IMG/VR virus record: IMGVR_UViG_3300020450_000061 | Coordinates: 1-31,599 of that record | Strand: one strand, 5' to 3' | DNA length: 31,599 bases | Source: a virus | Lineage: Duplodnaviria > Caudoviricetes | Shown: positions 9,014-18,473 of the stretch, piece by piece | Layout: every line of letters begins with the position of its first letter | How positions within the stretch are numbered: the stretch's first letter is position 1 | Program-made: the position numbers and the translations under genes | The notes under the pieces: model-generated | Told to the model about the DNA's origin: nothing | What the model saw: the letters and a program-made list of their open reading frames with translations, nothing else | Database searches by the model: none

Positions 9014-10683
9014 TACAAGACTTTAACGACATAGGTATTTATCCTAAGTCAAACTCACCGAATCAAAAATTAAAATGTCCTAAATGTTCAGACCAGCGCA
9101 AAAATAAAAACGACAAGAGTTTAAGTATTAACTTATCAGAAGGTCTTTATAATTGTCATCACTGCGGCTGGGCTGGTAATGTAAAATTCAAAAATAAAAA
9201 AGAGTTTATAAAGCCAGTAATTACTAAAAGTAAGCTAGGCTATAAAACAAAAAAATGGTTTTCAGAAAGAGGTATATCTGAGGCTACGATTGTAAACTGG
9301 CAAATTACTGAAAGTACTGAATTTTTTCCCCAGATAAATGATAAAAGAAAAGCTATAAACTTTAATTACTATCGTAATAAAGAGCTAATAAATGTAAAAT
9401 ACAGAGACGGAGAAAAGAATTTTAAGTTAGTCTCTGGAGCTGAGCTAATATTTTACGGTCTCGATAATATTGCAAACTCTGACAGAGCGTATATTGTCGA
9501 GGGTGAAATGGATGCGCTTAGCCTTTATGAAGCTGGTATTTATTCCGTTGTTTCAGTGCCTAATGGAGCGTCAAAAGGTAATCAACGCCTCGACTATTTA
9601 GACAACTGTTTTAGCTATTTTAAAGATAAAAAAGAGATTATCCTTTGCACTGATAACGATAATGCTGGGCTTAATTTAAGAAATGAGCTAGCAAGAAGGT
9701 TAGGTAAATATCGCTGTAAGTATATTGAGTTTAACAATTACAAAGATGCTAACGAGGTCTTAACAAAAAAAGGCGCTGAAAGTCTTAGAAATATTCTACA
9801 ACAAGCAAAATCTTTTCCCTTAGAAGGCGTAATAAATATCAATGATATATGGGACAATGTTTTACTCTTTAATGAAAAAGGTATAACTAATTATTCAATA
9901 GGTCTTAACGATTCTAATAATTATTTTAATGTTTCTTTCGGAGAATGGAGCGTAGTTACTGGCATACCTAACAGCGGTAAATCAGATGTTTTCGATCAAA
10001 TAGCAGTCAATTTAGCTCTTAGTCATGGTTTTAGGACAGCTTTTTTTGCTCCAGAGTCTTTTCCATACGAAGGACATATAAAAAGAATAGCTAACAAACT
10101 AAATAAAAAAAATTGTACTAGCGCTGACTTAGAAAACACTAAAAATTTTATAGAAGATCACTTCTATTTTATTAAGATAGACTTAGAAAATTTGACCCTT
10201 AAGTCAATACTAGAAAAATTTAAAGAGCTTGTATTTCAAAAAGGCGTTAATATTTTAGTTATTGACCCTTGGAATATGTTAGACCATTCCGCTCAGAGAG
10301 ATTTTACCTATATAGGCGCTATGCTTTCTCAAATTACTCAATTTGTTCAGCAAACTAATACACATTTATTTTTAATAGCTCACCCTAGAAAAATGGAAGT
10401 AGACAATCAAGCCTATAAAGTACCGACTCCGTATGATATTTCTGGCAGCTCAGACTTTTTTAATAAGGCTTACAACTGTATTACTGTTTATAGGAAGCTA
10501 GGAGAGATTACTAAATACGGAACGGATGCAGTTGAGATTCATATTCAGAAAGTAAAACGTAAAGAAAATGGTCAACAAGGTACTTTTATGATAGCTCCAG
10601 ACTTTAAAAATGGTGGCTATTATTGTTCTATTGACAAAGAAAAACAAAGACTAACTAGCGTAAACGATAATCTACCTTTTTAA
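9010..10683 (+). CDS. Bifunctional DNA primase-helicase (T7 gp4/Twinkle-like)
   Basis: CPKC..CHHC zinc finger, TOPRIM (IVEGEMDALS, DND, KDANE), Walker A GIPNSGKS, Walker B ILVIDPW, IAHPRK and DISGS motifs. Confidence 0.93.
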   Translation: MIQDFNDIGIYPKSNSPNQKLKCPKCSDQRKNKNDKSLSINLSEGLYNCHHCGWAGNVKFKNKKEFIKPVITKSKLGYKTKKWFSERGISEATIVNWQITESTEFFPQINDKRKAINFNYYRNKELINVKYRDGEKNFKLVSGAELIFYGLDNIANSDRAYIVEGEMDALSLYEAGIYSVVSVPNGASKGNQRLDYLDNCFSYFKDKKEIILCTDNDNAGLNLRNELARRLGKYRCKYIEFNNYKDANEVLTKKGAESLRNILQQAKSFPLEGVININDIWDNVLLFNEKGITNYSIGLNDSNNYFNVSFGEWSVVTGIPNSGKSDVFDQIAVNLALSHGFRTAFFAPESFPYEGHIKRIANKLNKKNCTSADLENTKNFIEDHFYFIKIDLENLTLKSILEKFKELVFQKGVNILVIDPWNMLDHSAQRDFTYIGAMLSQITQFVQQTNTHLFLIAHPRKMEVDNQAYKVPTPYDISGSSDFFNKAYNCITVYRKLGEITKYGTDAVEIHIQKVKRKENGQQGTFMIAPDFKNGGYYCSIDKEKQRLTSVNDNLPF

Positions 10684-10685
10684 TT

Positions 10686-10904
10686 ATGACAGAACTACAT
10701 TACAAGGCTTTTAAATGGGCTATGGACAATAACATAAGAATTTATCCAAAGGTAAAAGGTAAAAACTTTGTGCTTATATTAGAGCGTGAAGGTAGGCAAG
10801 AGACCTCTGGCAAAGAATACTCTAAAAAAGATTACCAAGACATAATCTGGGAATTTTATCTAACTTTGTATCAACAAAACAAAGACAGTAAAAAAGGTGA
10901 TTGA
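10686..10904 (+). CDS. Hypothetical protein
   Basis: 72-aa ORF directly after the primase-helicase. Confidence 0.65.
   Translation: MTELHYKAFKWAMDNNIRIYPKVKGKNFVLILEREGRQETSGKEYSKKDYQDIIWEFYLTLYQQNKDSKKGD
10861..10868 (+). promoter_or_regulatory. -7 promoter element upstream of the packaging genes
   Basis: TAACTTTG(TA). Confidence 0.5.
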
Positions 10905-11031
10905 AATAAAAATTTATCCGATTATGGGCTTTTGCATAGGTATAGAGTATTTAGATGCTTTCCAAGTAGAAACTATGAAGTCAATAGACATTTATTTCGG
11001 TATCTTTGGAGTCTCTTTTAGATGGATATAA
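10897..11031 (+). CDS. Small hypothetical protein MIEIKIYPIMGFCIGIEY...GVSFRWI (44 aa, GTG start, not in ORF track)
   Basis: Fills the gap; its TAA overlaps ATG 11031 of the next gene (TAATG coupling). Confidence 0.6.
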   Translation: MIEIKIYPIMGFCIGIEYLDAFQVETMKSIDIYFGIFGVSFRWI

Positions 11032-11387
11032 TGGCTTACGACCGAAAAGAATTAGAAAAAAAAGCACTAGCTGCAATAAAGGAACATAAATTAATGTTTG
11101 TTGAGCATATAGTCGCTTTTTTGCCATGTGGTAAAACTACATTTTACGAACTTAAACTGAACGAATCGAACTCTATAAAAAAAGCAATAGAGAAAATGAG
11201 AATAAGTAAAAAAACTAAAATGTTATCTAAATGGATTGATTCAGAAATTCCTAGCCTCCAGATTGCAGCTATGAAAATAATTAGCGAAGAATATGAGGCT
11301 CATAGACTCAATGGCACTAGGCAAGAAATAAAACACGAAGGCGGTATAAAGTCAACTCTTATTGAATGGAAGCCAGCCAAAAAGTAG
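11031..11387 (+). CDS. terS: Terminase small subunit (probable start 11031 rather than 11022)
   Basis: Small helical protein directly upstream of and overlapping TerL; HTH-like CGKTTFYE; C-terminal RQEIKHEG. Confidence 0.7.
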   Translation: MAYDRKELEKKALAAIKEHKLMFVEHIVAFLPCGKTTFYELKLNESNSIKKAIEKMRISKKTKMLSKWIDSEIPSLQIAAMKIISEEYEAHRLNGTRQEIKHEGGIKSTLIEWKPAKK

Positions 11388-12550
11388 ATCAGTTTTGCAA
11401 TCGTCAATTTTATGATCTTATTGAGTCTGACTCTAGATATTTTGTAAGTCAAGGCGGTACTCGATCTGGTAAGACCTACGCCATTTGCCAGTATATAATC
11501 TATTTACTTACAACAAGACAAGACCCAATAGTAGTAGATGTAATAAGAAAAACACTACCAGCACTAAAAGCCTCTATAATGAGAGACTTTTTTTCTATTG
11601 CTGAGTCTACTGGAGTTTACTTTGATGGATTGCACAACAAAGCTGAAAACACATTTCACTATGGAAAACACTTAGTACGTTTTCTCTCCATAGATCAGCC
11701 GCAAAAAATAAGAGGCTCTAAAAGAAACATAGCTGTTTTAAACGAAGGTAATGAGCTAGATAAAGAAGATTTAATACAAGTGGCTTTTAGATGTAGCGAG
11801 AAGATCATAATAGACTTTAATCCTTCTGACCCTATTCACTGGATTTATGAAGATATTATACCTCGTGAAGATTGTCAGACTGTTATAACAACTTACAAAG
11901 ACAATAATTTTTTATCACCAGAGATCATTAAAGAAATAGAGCGTATGAAAGACAGAGACCCCGACTACTGGCGAGTCTATGGCGAGGGTCAGAGAGCTGT
12001 ATATTCTAACAGACAGATTTTTAATAATTGGCAATTTATACCTCATAAAGATTTTCCAGAAGTAGACTTACAGTCAGAAGCTGTAATTGGCTTAGACTTC
12101 GGATTTTCCGTAGATAGTGCGGCAGCTTGTATTGTATTTAAAAAAAACAATAGGCTATATGTCCATGAAATATTGTATCAAACTGGTATGACTAACCAAG
12201 ACATAGCTAATTTTTTCAAAGAAAATAACTACGATAGGATTCTTACTTTCTATGACAGTGCTGAGCCAAAGTCTGGGGAAGAACTCAGACGCATGGGTAT
12301 TTTTGCTAAGGCAGCTATTAAAGGTCAAGGGTCTATAAATGCTGGAATAAGCCTTTTAAAAGAATTTGACATTTTTGTTTCTCAAGAGTCAAAGAATTTT
12401 GCTAAAGAATATGCTGGCTATTATTGGGAGCAACTCAAAGACGGTACAATCATTAATAAGCCAAAAGATCGCTTAAATCATTTGATGGACAGCCTTAGAT
12501 ATTGCACCTATTCACAATACTCAAAGCGGTCAGATTTTTTTGTAATTTAA
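11366..12550 (+). CDS. terL: Terminase large subunit (PBSX-like)
   Basis: Walker A QGGTRSGKT, Walker B VLNEG, DFNP, nuclease GLDFGF, DSAEPK and NHLMDSLRY. Confidence 0.95.
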   Translation: MEASQKVDQFCNRQFYDLIESDSRYFVSQGGTRSGKTYAICQYIIYLLTTRQDPIVVDVIRKTLPALKASIMRDFFSIAESTGVYFDGLHNKAENTFHYGKHLVRFLSIDQPQKIRGSKRNIAVLNEGNELDKEDLIQVAFRCSEKIIIDFNPSDPIHWIYEDIIPREDCQTVITTYKDNNFLSPEIIKEIERMKDRDPDYWRVYGEGQRAVYSNRQIFNNWQFIPHKDFPEVDLQSEAVIGLDFGFSVDSAAACIVFKKNNRLYVHEILYQTGMTNQDIANFFKENNYDRILTFYDSAEPKSGEELRRMGIFAKAAIKGQGSINAGISLLKEFDIFVSQESKNFAKEYAGYYWEQLKDGTIINKPKDRLNHLMDSLRYCTYSQYSKRSDFFVI

Positions 12551-12554
12551 TTAG

Positions 12555-12562
12555 TATTTTTG
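12555..12562 (+). promoter_or_regulatory. -7 promoter element upstream of the portal
   Basis: TATTTTTG(TAAAAA). Confidence 0.6.
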
Positions 12563-12577
12563 TAAAAATATTTTTTA

Positions 12578-14902
12578 ATGGCTAACTTATTCGACAGATT
12601 CAGAAACTTACTGAAAAAAAACAGTCAATCAACTAACATAGCCTTCAATAGAGCTATTTATAACTTTCTAGGTCAGACGCTTATTACTTCTGAAGATAAT
12701 GACGAGAGCTACATTAATAAAGGCTATCGTTTTAACTCTACCGTTTACTCGATTGTAAACTTAATTACTAAGGCAGCCTCGACAGTACCTTTTCAAGTTT
12801 ATGAAGTACAAAACAGCAACGAATTAAAAAGATATAAGGCTCTTACTTCTGGAGATTATGGAAACCTAACAAATTACAGAGCTAACCTAAGTCTTAAAAA
12901 TGCTCTAGTAGAATTACAAGACACTGAGCTGCATGAGCTTTTAGAAAGACCAAATCCAGCTCAATCATACGCTAGCTTTTTGACAGAGATCATAGCTTTC
13001 GGAAAACTTACTGGCAATCGTTATATTTATGGGATTGCACCAGAGACTGGTGGCAACGCTGGTAAATATGGAGAGCTTTACGTTTTGCCAAGTCAAACAA
13101 TAGAGATACATTCTGGCGGTCTTATGAAACCAGTCAATCACTACACAATGGAGTATAACGGTACTTATAAAATGTTAGCTGAAGATGTTTGCCATATTAA
13201 AGACTTTAATCCTTTAGCTGACGGAACTGGGAGCAATCTATATGGTATGTCACCTCTTAAGGCTGGTCTTAGAAGTATGGATGCTAACAATGAAGCACTT
13301 ACTACTGGCGTTAGATATTTACAAAATCAAACCGCTAGAGGTGTGCTTATGTCTGAGGAGGGTGATCTAAACGAAGTACAAGCCAGACAACTTAAAGAAA
13401 AATTTAAAAAGCAATATCAAGGAAGTAACAACGCTGGTGATGTTATTATAACACCAAAAAAATTAAGCTGGGTAAACTTTGGTCTTAATGCAGCTGACTT
13501 ATCGCTCATTGAGCAATACAATACAACTATAAAAGACCTTTGCAATATTTATAATGTCCCAGCTGTCTTACTTAATAATGTAGAGTCAGCTACTTACAAC
13601 AATATAAAAGAAGCTCGGAAGATGCTTTACACAAATGCAGTAATTCCAGAGCTTTATAAAATTAGAGATGAACTCAATAGATGGCTAGCTCCTAAATTTG
13701 GTGATAAGTTATTTATAGACTTTGATACTTCTGTAATACCAGAGCTGCAAGAAGAAAGCGAAAAAATCGTAACTCAGATGGCTCAAAGTTGGTGGCTTAC
13801 TCCTAACGAGAAACGTATGGCTATGAGCTACGGTAAGGATGAAGAAAACTCTGAAATGGATGACTACTATGTTCCAGCAAATTTACTGCCTATTGGTAAT
13901 TCAGATATGCCAGATATGACTCCAGACCCTATTAAAGAAGATAGCACTAAAAAAAGGCTAGTAGCTGGTATGAATGATACTTTTACCACAATAGCTGAGG
14001 CTAGAGCTAGAGCTAGTGAAATATCTAACGGAGCTAGTAACGATTATCATGAACATACTTTTGACGGTAATACTGTTTATATGCCTTTTGAAACTCATGA
14101 GGAATGGGAGGCAGCTAAAGAGGGTAGGCTAGATGAGTTTTACGGAGAAATGGACTCTGATAAGTTTACTTATGATTTCGAGCGTGACGATCATTATTAC
14201 GATGAAGATTCAGAGTATGACGATGACGATGACACAGATAGAGTTAATGTTAATGATATTATACAAAAAGCTCCAGAAATATCGCAAAGAATGGAGACTA
14301 CGCTTAGAAACAAAGTAAAAGACCATAACGACAAATACGGAGACAAACCAGCTAAGAGAGCTACTTATTCTATGCTTGCTAGAAGTTTTGTCAGAGGTGT
14401 AGGAGCTTATAGAACGAATCCCAGCTCTGTTAGACCTAATGTAAACAATGAGCAACAGTGGGCGCTAGGGCGAGTCAATGGGCTGTTATACGCTTTAAGG
14501 ACTGGTAGGTTTAGACGTAGGGCTTACGACACTGACCTACTTCCAGAGGCGCACCCATTAAGCTCAAAAAAAAACAAGAATGAGAGCTATGACGATTATC
14601 CGCAAGGCGCAACCAATAACGCTAAAAGAATGTTAGGCTGGAGAGAAAAATATGGTCGTAGCGTAGTGCAAGGAGGTACTCCAGTAGGCTGGCGTAGAGC
14701 TAATCAAATCGCAAACAGAGAGCCGCTTAGTTTATCAACTGTAAAAAGGGTCAATAGTTTTTTAGCAAGACATAAAGAAAATGCTAAAATAGACCCTAAG
14801 TATAAAGACGAACCTTGGAGAGATAAGGGATATGTAGCTTATAATCTTTGGGGAGGCGCTGCTATGGTTTCATGGGCTAAGCGTATTTCAGAGAATGAGT
14901 AG
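12578..14902 (+). CDS. HK97-type portal protein with a C-terminal extension of about 330 aa
   Basis: LLERPNP, LTGNRY, HIKDFNP..YGMSPL, ICNIYNVP-like and WWLTPNEKR..PANL portal motifs in aa 1-440; extra domains follow. Confidence 0.92.
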   Translation: MANLFDRFRNLLKKNSQSTNIAFNRAIYNFLGQTLITSEDNDESYINKGYRFNSTVYSIVNLITKAASTVPFQVYEVQNSNELKRYKALTSGDYGNLTNYRANLSLKNALVELQDTELHELLERPNPAQSYASFLTEIIAFGKLTGNRYIYGIAPETGGNAGKYGELYVLPSQTIEIHSGGLMKPVNHYTMEYNGTYKMLAEDVCHIKDFNPLADGTGSNLYGMSPLKAGLRSMDANNEALTTGVRYLQNQTARGVLMSEEGDLNEVQARQLKEKFKKQYQGSNNAGDVIITPKKLSWVNFGLNAADLSLIEQYNTTIKDLCNIYNVPAVLLNNVESATYNNIKEARKMLYTNAVIPELYKIRDELNRWLAPKFGDKLFIDFDTSVIPELQEESEKIVTQMAQSWWLTPNEKRMAMSYGKDEENSEMDDYYVPANLLPIGNSDMPDMTPDPIKEDSTKKRLVAGMNDTFTTIAEARARASEISNGASNDYHEHTFDGNTVYMPFETHEEWEAAKEGRLDEFYGEMDSDKFTYDFERDDHYYDEDSEYDDDDDTDRVNVNDIIQKAPEISQRMETTLRNKVKDHNDKYGDKPAKRATYSMLARSFVRGVGAYRTNPSSVRPNVNNEQQWALGRVNGLLYALRTGRFRRRAYDTDLLPEAHPLSSKKNKNESYDDYPQGATNNAKRMLGWREKYGRSVVQGGTPVGWRRANQIANREPLSLSTVKRVNSFLARHKENAKIDPKYKDEPWRDKGYVAYNLWGGAAMVSWAKRISENE

Positions 14903-15752
14903 TTTTCAAGGTGACAAATATATAAGAGCCTACACAAAGCAGCTGCTTAAAGGTGAGACTAGCGAAGTAAGACGCTTAAAAAGATTTTATCAAACAGAGT
15001 ACAATAAGGCAGTAGAAGTATTTCTTCTGTCTGGTAAGACAAATAATTTTATTGATTTATTTAAAAAAAACGACTATGATAAAATTTACGAGTCTATTTA
15101 CGTTAATATTGGTCTTAGATTTGCTAATTGGTATGCTGACAATATTACTAGATTCATAAAAAAAGAATTAGACAAAAACGATTTTAAAGATACATGGGAA
15201 AGACAATTTGCAAGCGAGGGAGAAAGGATTGCAGCGGTGAGGGTTGTAACTGTACAAGGAACTGCGAAAAAGGAGCTAGAGAAAACTTTACAGCGTCTTA
15301 TGACAGATGCAGACTTCCAGAGTCGTGGTGCTGTCGAAAAAGGGCGCATACTGAGGCAGCGATTTAATAAGCTAGGAACTTTTCAATCTGAAAGGATAGT
15401 AAGAACTGAGGCTACTAATGCAGCAAACTTAGGAGTCATGCAGTCAGCGACAGATATATACGGCAAAAGCAATCTTCAGAAAGAATGGATTACTTCTTTA
15501 GATGGAAGGGAAAGAGAGGCTCATGCAGCCGCTAATGGTCAGATAGTAGATTTTAATGATAAATTTAAAGTAGGTGGTGAAGATTTAGACAGAGCTGGAG
15601 ACCCATCTGGCTCGGCTGGTAATGTTATTAACTGTCGATGTGCTATTGCTCCATTTCCAAAGCCAGATTCTGACACTATAAGACCTCTGAATCAAATCGC
15701 TGTCGGTGTAGCACAATCTCAACTCATAAAACCTATACTAAATGAAAATTAA
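14895..15752 (+). CDS. Minor head protein (MuF / SPP1 gp7 family)
   Basis: RIVRTE, KEWITSLDGREREAH..NGQ and GNVINCRC motifs. Confidence 0.9.
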   Translation: MSSFQGDKYIRAYTKQLLKGETSEVRRLKRFYQTEYNKAVEVFLLSGKTNNFIDLFKKNDYDKIYESIYVNIGLRFANWYADNITRFIKKELDKNDFKDTWERQFASEGERIAAVRVVTVQGTAKKELEKTLQRLMTDADFQSRGAVEKGRILRQRFNKLGTFQSERIVRTEATNAANLGVMQSATDIYGKSNLQKEWITSLDGREREAHAAANGQIVDFNDKFKVGGEDLDRAGDPSGSAGNVINCRCAIAPFPKPDSDTIRPLNQIAVGVAQSQLIKPILNEN

Positions 15753-15760
15753 TATCTTTG
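15753..15760 (+). promoter_or_regulatory. -7 promoter element 4 nt before the protease ATG
   Basis: TATCTTTG-TACT-ATG. Confidence 0.55.
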
Positions 15761-15764
15761 TACT

Positions 15765-16454
15765 ATGAACACAATTTTATATAAGCAGTCGCCTATGGGC
15801 GAACTATTAGACGCTGACGAAAAAGCTGGCGTAATCAAAGGCTATGCAAGCGTCTTTGACAATATAGACTCTGATAATGACATAATCAGAAAAGGGTCTT
15901 ATAGAAAAACAATTACAGAAAATGGGCAAAGAGTAAAATATTTATATCAGCATGATATGGATAAGCCTCTAGGAAAAATGTCCTTACTTGAAGAAGACGA
16001 CAAAGGTCTTATCTTTGAGTCTAAAGTAGCTAAGACGACACTAGGTAAAGATGTAATCGAGCTTATAAAGTCTGGAGTTATAACAGAAAATTCAGTAGGC
16101 ATATTGCCTATACAAAAAGAAATGGTAGACGGTGTAAGAAATATTACTGAAGTAAAACTATACGAGATTTCAGCGGTAACACTTGCAGCAAATGACCAAG
16201 CGGTTATTATGGATGTCAAAGGTAACTACGACAAAGATAAAATACTTAGCCGCTACGATAATATGGCAAAGCTAATTCGTAAAGGTAATATATCAGATGA
16301 ATTAGGTTTTGCTTTAGAAGCCGAGATACTGAAGCTAAAATCACTATTTCAAAAAATCACTACTCAGCCAGCTGATATTAAAGTTACTGAGCCAGTTGAG
16401 GTAAAGAATGACGTTAGCGAGATGTATCAATATTTATTTAATAAGTTAAAATAA
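15765..16454 (+). CDS. HK97-family prohead maturation protease
   Basis: IKGYASVFDNID, LYQHD..PLG, SVG and LYEISAVTLAAN motifs. Confidence 0.93.
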   Translation: MNTILYKQSPMGELLDADEKAGVIKGYASVFDNIDSDNDIIRKGSYRKTITENGQRVKYLYQHDMDKPLGKMSLLEEDDKGLIFESKVAKTTLGKDVIELIKSGVITENSVGILPIQKEMVDGVRNITEVKLYEISAVTLAANDQAVIMDVKGNYDKDKILSRYDNMAKLIRKGNISDELGFALEAEILKLKSLFQKITTQPADIKVTEPVEVKNDVSEMYQYLFNKLK

Positions 16455-16461
16455 TTTAAAA

Positions 16462-17679
16462 ATGACAGAACAAGAAAAAACTCATTTAGATCAGCTGGGG
16501 AATCTTGTAGACGAAAAAATAGAAAAAGCGTCAAAGGCATCTTTAGAAAATGCTAAAGGTGAATTTGAAACTTCTTTAAAGTCTGAGATTTCTAATCTGA
16601 CCAACGAGTATAACGAAAAATTCGAAGCAGCTCAAAAAAGAATGGACTCCTTGGAAATAGAATCTAAAAAGACAATGGCTGGGACTACTCCTAAATCATT
16701 TAAAGCGTCTCTAGAGGCAGCTTTAAAAGACGGTGCTATTGACTCTTTAGTAAAAGGTAACACTAACGCTGCTAAATTTGAGCTTAAGTCTAGCGATATG
16801 ACTATGGCTAATACATTTACTGGTGTTATTGCTGGAGAGACTATTGTCCCAGATATTAAATTTGACCCTTCAAGAGCTGTGCATATCCGTAGTTTAATTC
16901 CTAACGGTACTACTGACGCTCAGACTATACGTTTTCCAAAAGAAAGCGCATATACTGACAATGCAGCTGCGACAGCTCAAGGCTCAGCTCTAGGACAGTC
17001 TGACTTTGATTTAACAGCGACTTCTGTAAACGTAGAGAAAATCGGTACGTTTATGAAGATTACTGAAGAAATGCTAGCCGACACACCTCAACTTTCTAGC
17101 TATTTATCAGCTAGAGTACCTTCAAAAGTTTTAGCTATTGAAGATAACCAAATTATGAGCGGTGATGGCTCAAGCCCTAATATGTCTGGGCTTTTTACAG
17201 ATGGAACTGCCTTTACAACCTCTAGCGGAGGTCTTTTTTATCAGTCAGTTGAATCAGCAAACGAGTACGATGTGCTAATCACAGCTTTAAACCAGCTTGC
17301 ACTTCTAAATTATACAGCTGATAGCATTTTATTAAATCCTACTGACTTTCATAAAATAGTTTTATTGAAGTCTACTGCTAACGAATATCTTAAAAATCAA
17401 GTTATTCAAGGTATTCAGCCAGCAATTATGGGCGTGCCAGTAACTATTAATACAGCTATTCCAGCTGGTAAGTTTTTAGTTGGACAGCTTTCAGTAGCTA
17501 CTCAGTTATGGATTAGAGACGGTCTTGGAATCGAATTTTCTAGGGAAGATTCCGATAATTTCCAGAAGTCTTTCGTTACAGTCCGCGCTTTAGAGAGAGC
17601 CGCACTTACAACGTATTTACCTAATGCGATTGTACAAGGCACATTCTCAAGTGCTAAGACAGCCTTAGAGACTCCATAA
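16462..17679 (+). CDS. Major capsid protein (HK97 fold, with N-terminal delta/scaffold region)
   Basis: Coiled-coil N-terminus of about 110 aa; KITEEMLAD, EDNQIMSGDG, LLNPTDF, IMGVPV and VTVRALER motifs; follows the protease. Confidence 0.95.
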   Translation: MTEQEKTHLDQLGNLVDEKIEKASKASLENAKGEFETSLKSEISNLTNEYNEKFEAAQKRMDSLEIESKKTMAGTTPKSFKASLEAALKDGAIDSLVKGNTNAAKFELKSSDMTMANTFTGVIAGETIVPDIKFDPSRAVHIRSLIPNGTTDAQTIRFPKESAYTDNAAATAQGSALGQSDFDLTATSVNVEKIGTFMKITEEMLADTPQLSSYLSARVPSKVLAIEDNQIMSGDGSSPNMSGLFTDGTAFTTSSGGLFYQSVESANEYDVLITALNQLALLNYTADSILLNPTDFHKIVLLKSTANEYLKNQVIQGIQPAIMGVPVTINTAIPAGKFLVGQLSVATQLWIRDGLGIEFSREDSDNFQKSFVTVRALERAALTTYLPNAIVQGTFSSAKTALETP

Positions 17680-17704
17680 TAAGAGAATCTATTGACTAAT
17701 GACT

Positions 17705-17733
17705 AAGGGTGATCTTTATTGATTACCCTTTTT
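17705..17733 (+). terminator. Rho-independent terminator after the capsid gene
   Basis: AAGGGTGATC-loop-GATTACCCTT followed by TTT. Confidence 0.85.
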
Positions 17734-17775
17734 CTTGTGCTAAAAACAAAAAAAATTAAAAAAAACTTTAAATAA

Positions 17776-17807
17776 TTTGTGTATATTTAAAAAATAGTTT
17801 AAATTTA
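17776..17807 (+). promoter_or_regulatory. Early-type promoter P2, related to P1
   Basis: TTTG, 20-bp spacer, TAAATTTA; 17766-17807 matches 4655-4696 at 33/42 positions without gaps. Confidence 0.65.
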
Positions 17808-17841
17808 CAAAGTAAAACAATAACAACTAAAACTTAATAAA

Positions 17842-18147
17842 ATGAAAATACAAATTACAAAACTAGAAAATCAAGTATTAAAAGCAATTCAAAATTTTAC
17901 AGCTGAAGACTTTAGCTCAGATTCTGCTGCTTGGTGTAATGTTCATGAAATAGACATTGACTCAAGACAATTAAGAGCTTTAATAACTACTTTATCTCAA
18001 AAAGGTATATTGACTCTAATTGATGATGAAGGTTATGGCGATGGCTCTTATGTAGAAATTAACGAAAACTTCTATGAGTTAACTGGCAATTTTACAAGTG
18101 CTGGTAGTCCAGAGTTTAAATACATAAATTTAGAAGTAAATAAATAA
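17842..18147 (+). CDS. Hypothetical protein, possible winged HTH
   Basis: ITKLENQVLKAI..DSRQLRALITTLSQKGIL resembles a wHTH. Confidence 0.65.
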   Translation: MKIQITKLENQVLKAIQNFTAEDFSSDSAAWCNVHEIDIDSRQLRALITTLSQKGILTLIDDEGYGDGSYVEINENFYELTGNFTSAGSPEFKYINLEVNK

Positions 18148-18164
18148 CAACCTAAACTTAAATT

Positions 18165-18416
18165 ATGAGAATATTAATCACAAAAGAAACTTACTCTGGT
18201 TTAAATGGCGAACTTTATAAGCTGACTGGAAAAGATGTAATTGTAGCACCTCATTTAAAATACCCAAAAGAGGGTAATCAGATTTGGAATTATGAAATAT
18301 TAATAGATGGAAAGAGGCAATACTTAACAAAAGGTCATTTAACAAGAGTGAAAAAAGACTTTTGGAAACATTACCAAAAACAGTCTTGGACAAGAGTATG
18401 GAAATACGAAAAATAA
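18165..18416 (+). CDS. Hypothetical protein
   Basis: 83-aa ORF with the shared leader motif. Confidence 0.65.
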   Translation: MRILITKETYSGLNGELYKLTGKDVIVAPHLKYPKEGNQIWNYEILIDGKRQYLTKGHLTRVKKDFWKHYQKQSWTRVWKYEK

Positions 18417-18431
18417 ATAACAACTAAAACG

Positions 18432-18454
18432 GAGGGCTGAAAAGCCCTCTTATT
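18432..18454 (+). terminator. Hairpin with GAAA tetraloop (weak terminator or processing site)
   Basis: GAGGGCT-GAAA-AGCCCTC followed by TTATT. Confidence 0.6.
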
Positions 18455-18473
18455 GTATAACTAAAATTATCTT

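Larger units (their letters stand above)
17819..18430 (+). repeat. Dispersed leader repeats AATAACAACTAAAAC
   Basis: Exact copies at 17819-17833 and 18416-18430; a 13/15 copy at 18143-18157. Confidence 0.75.
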
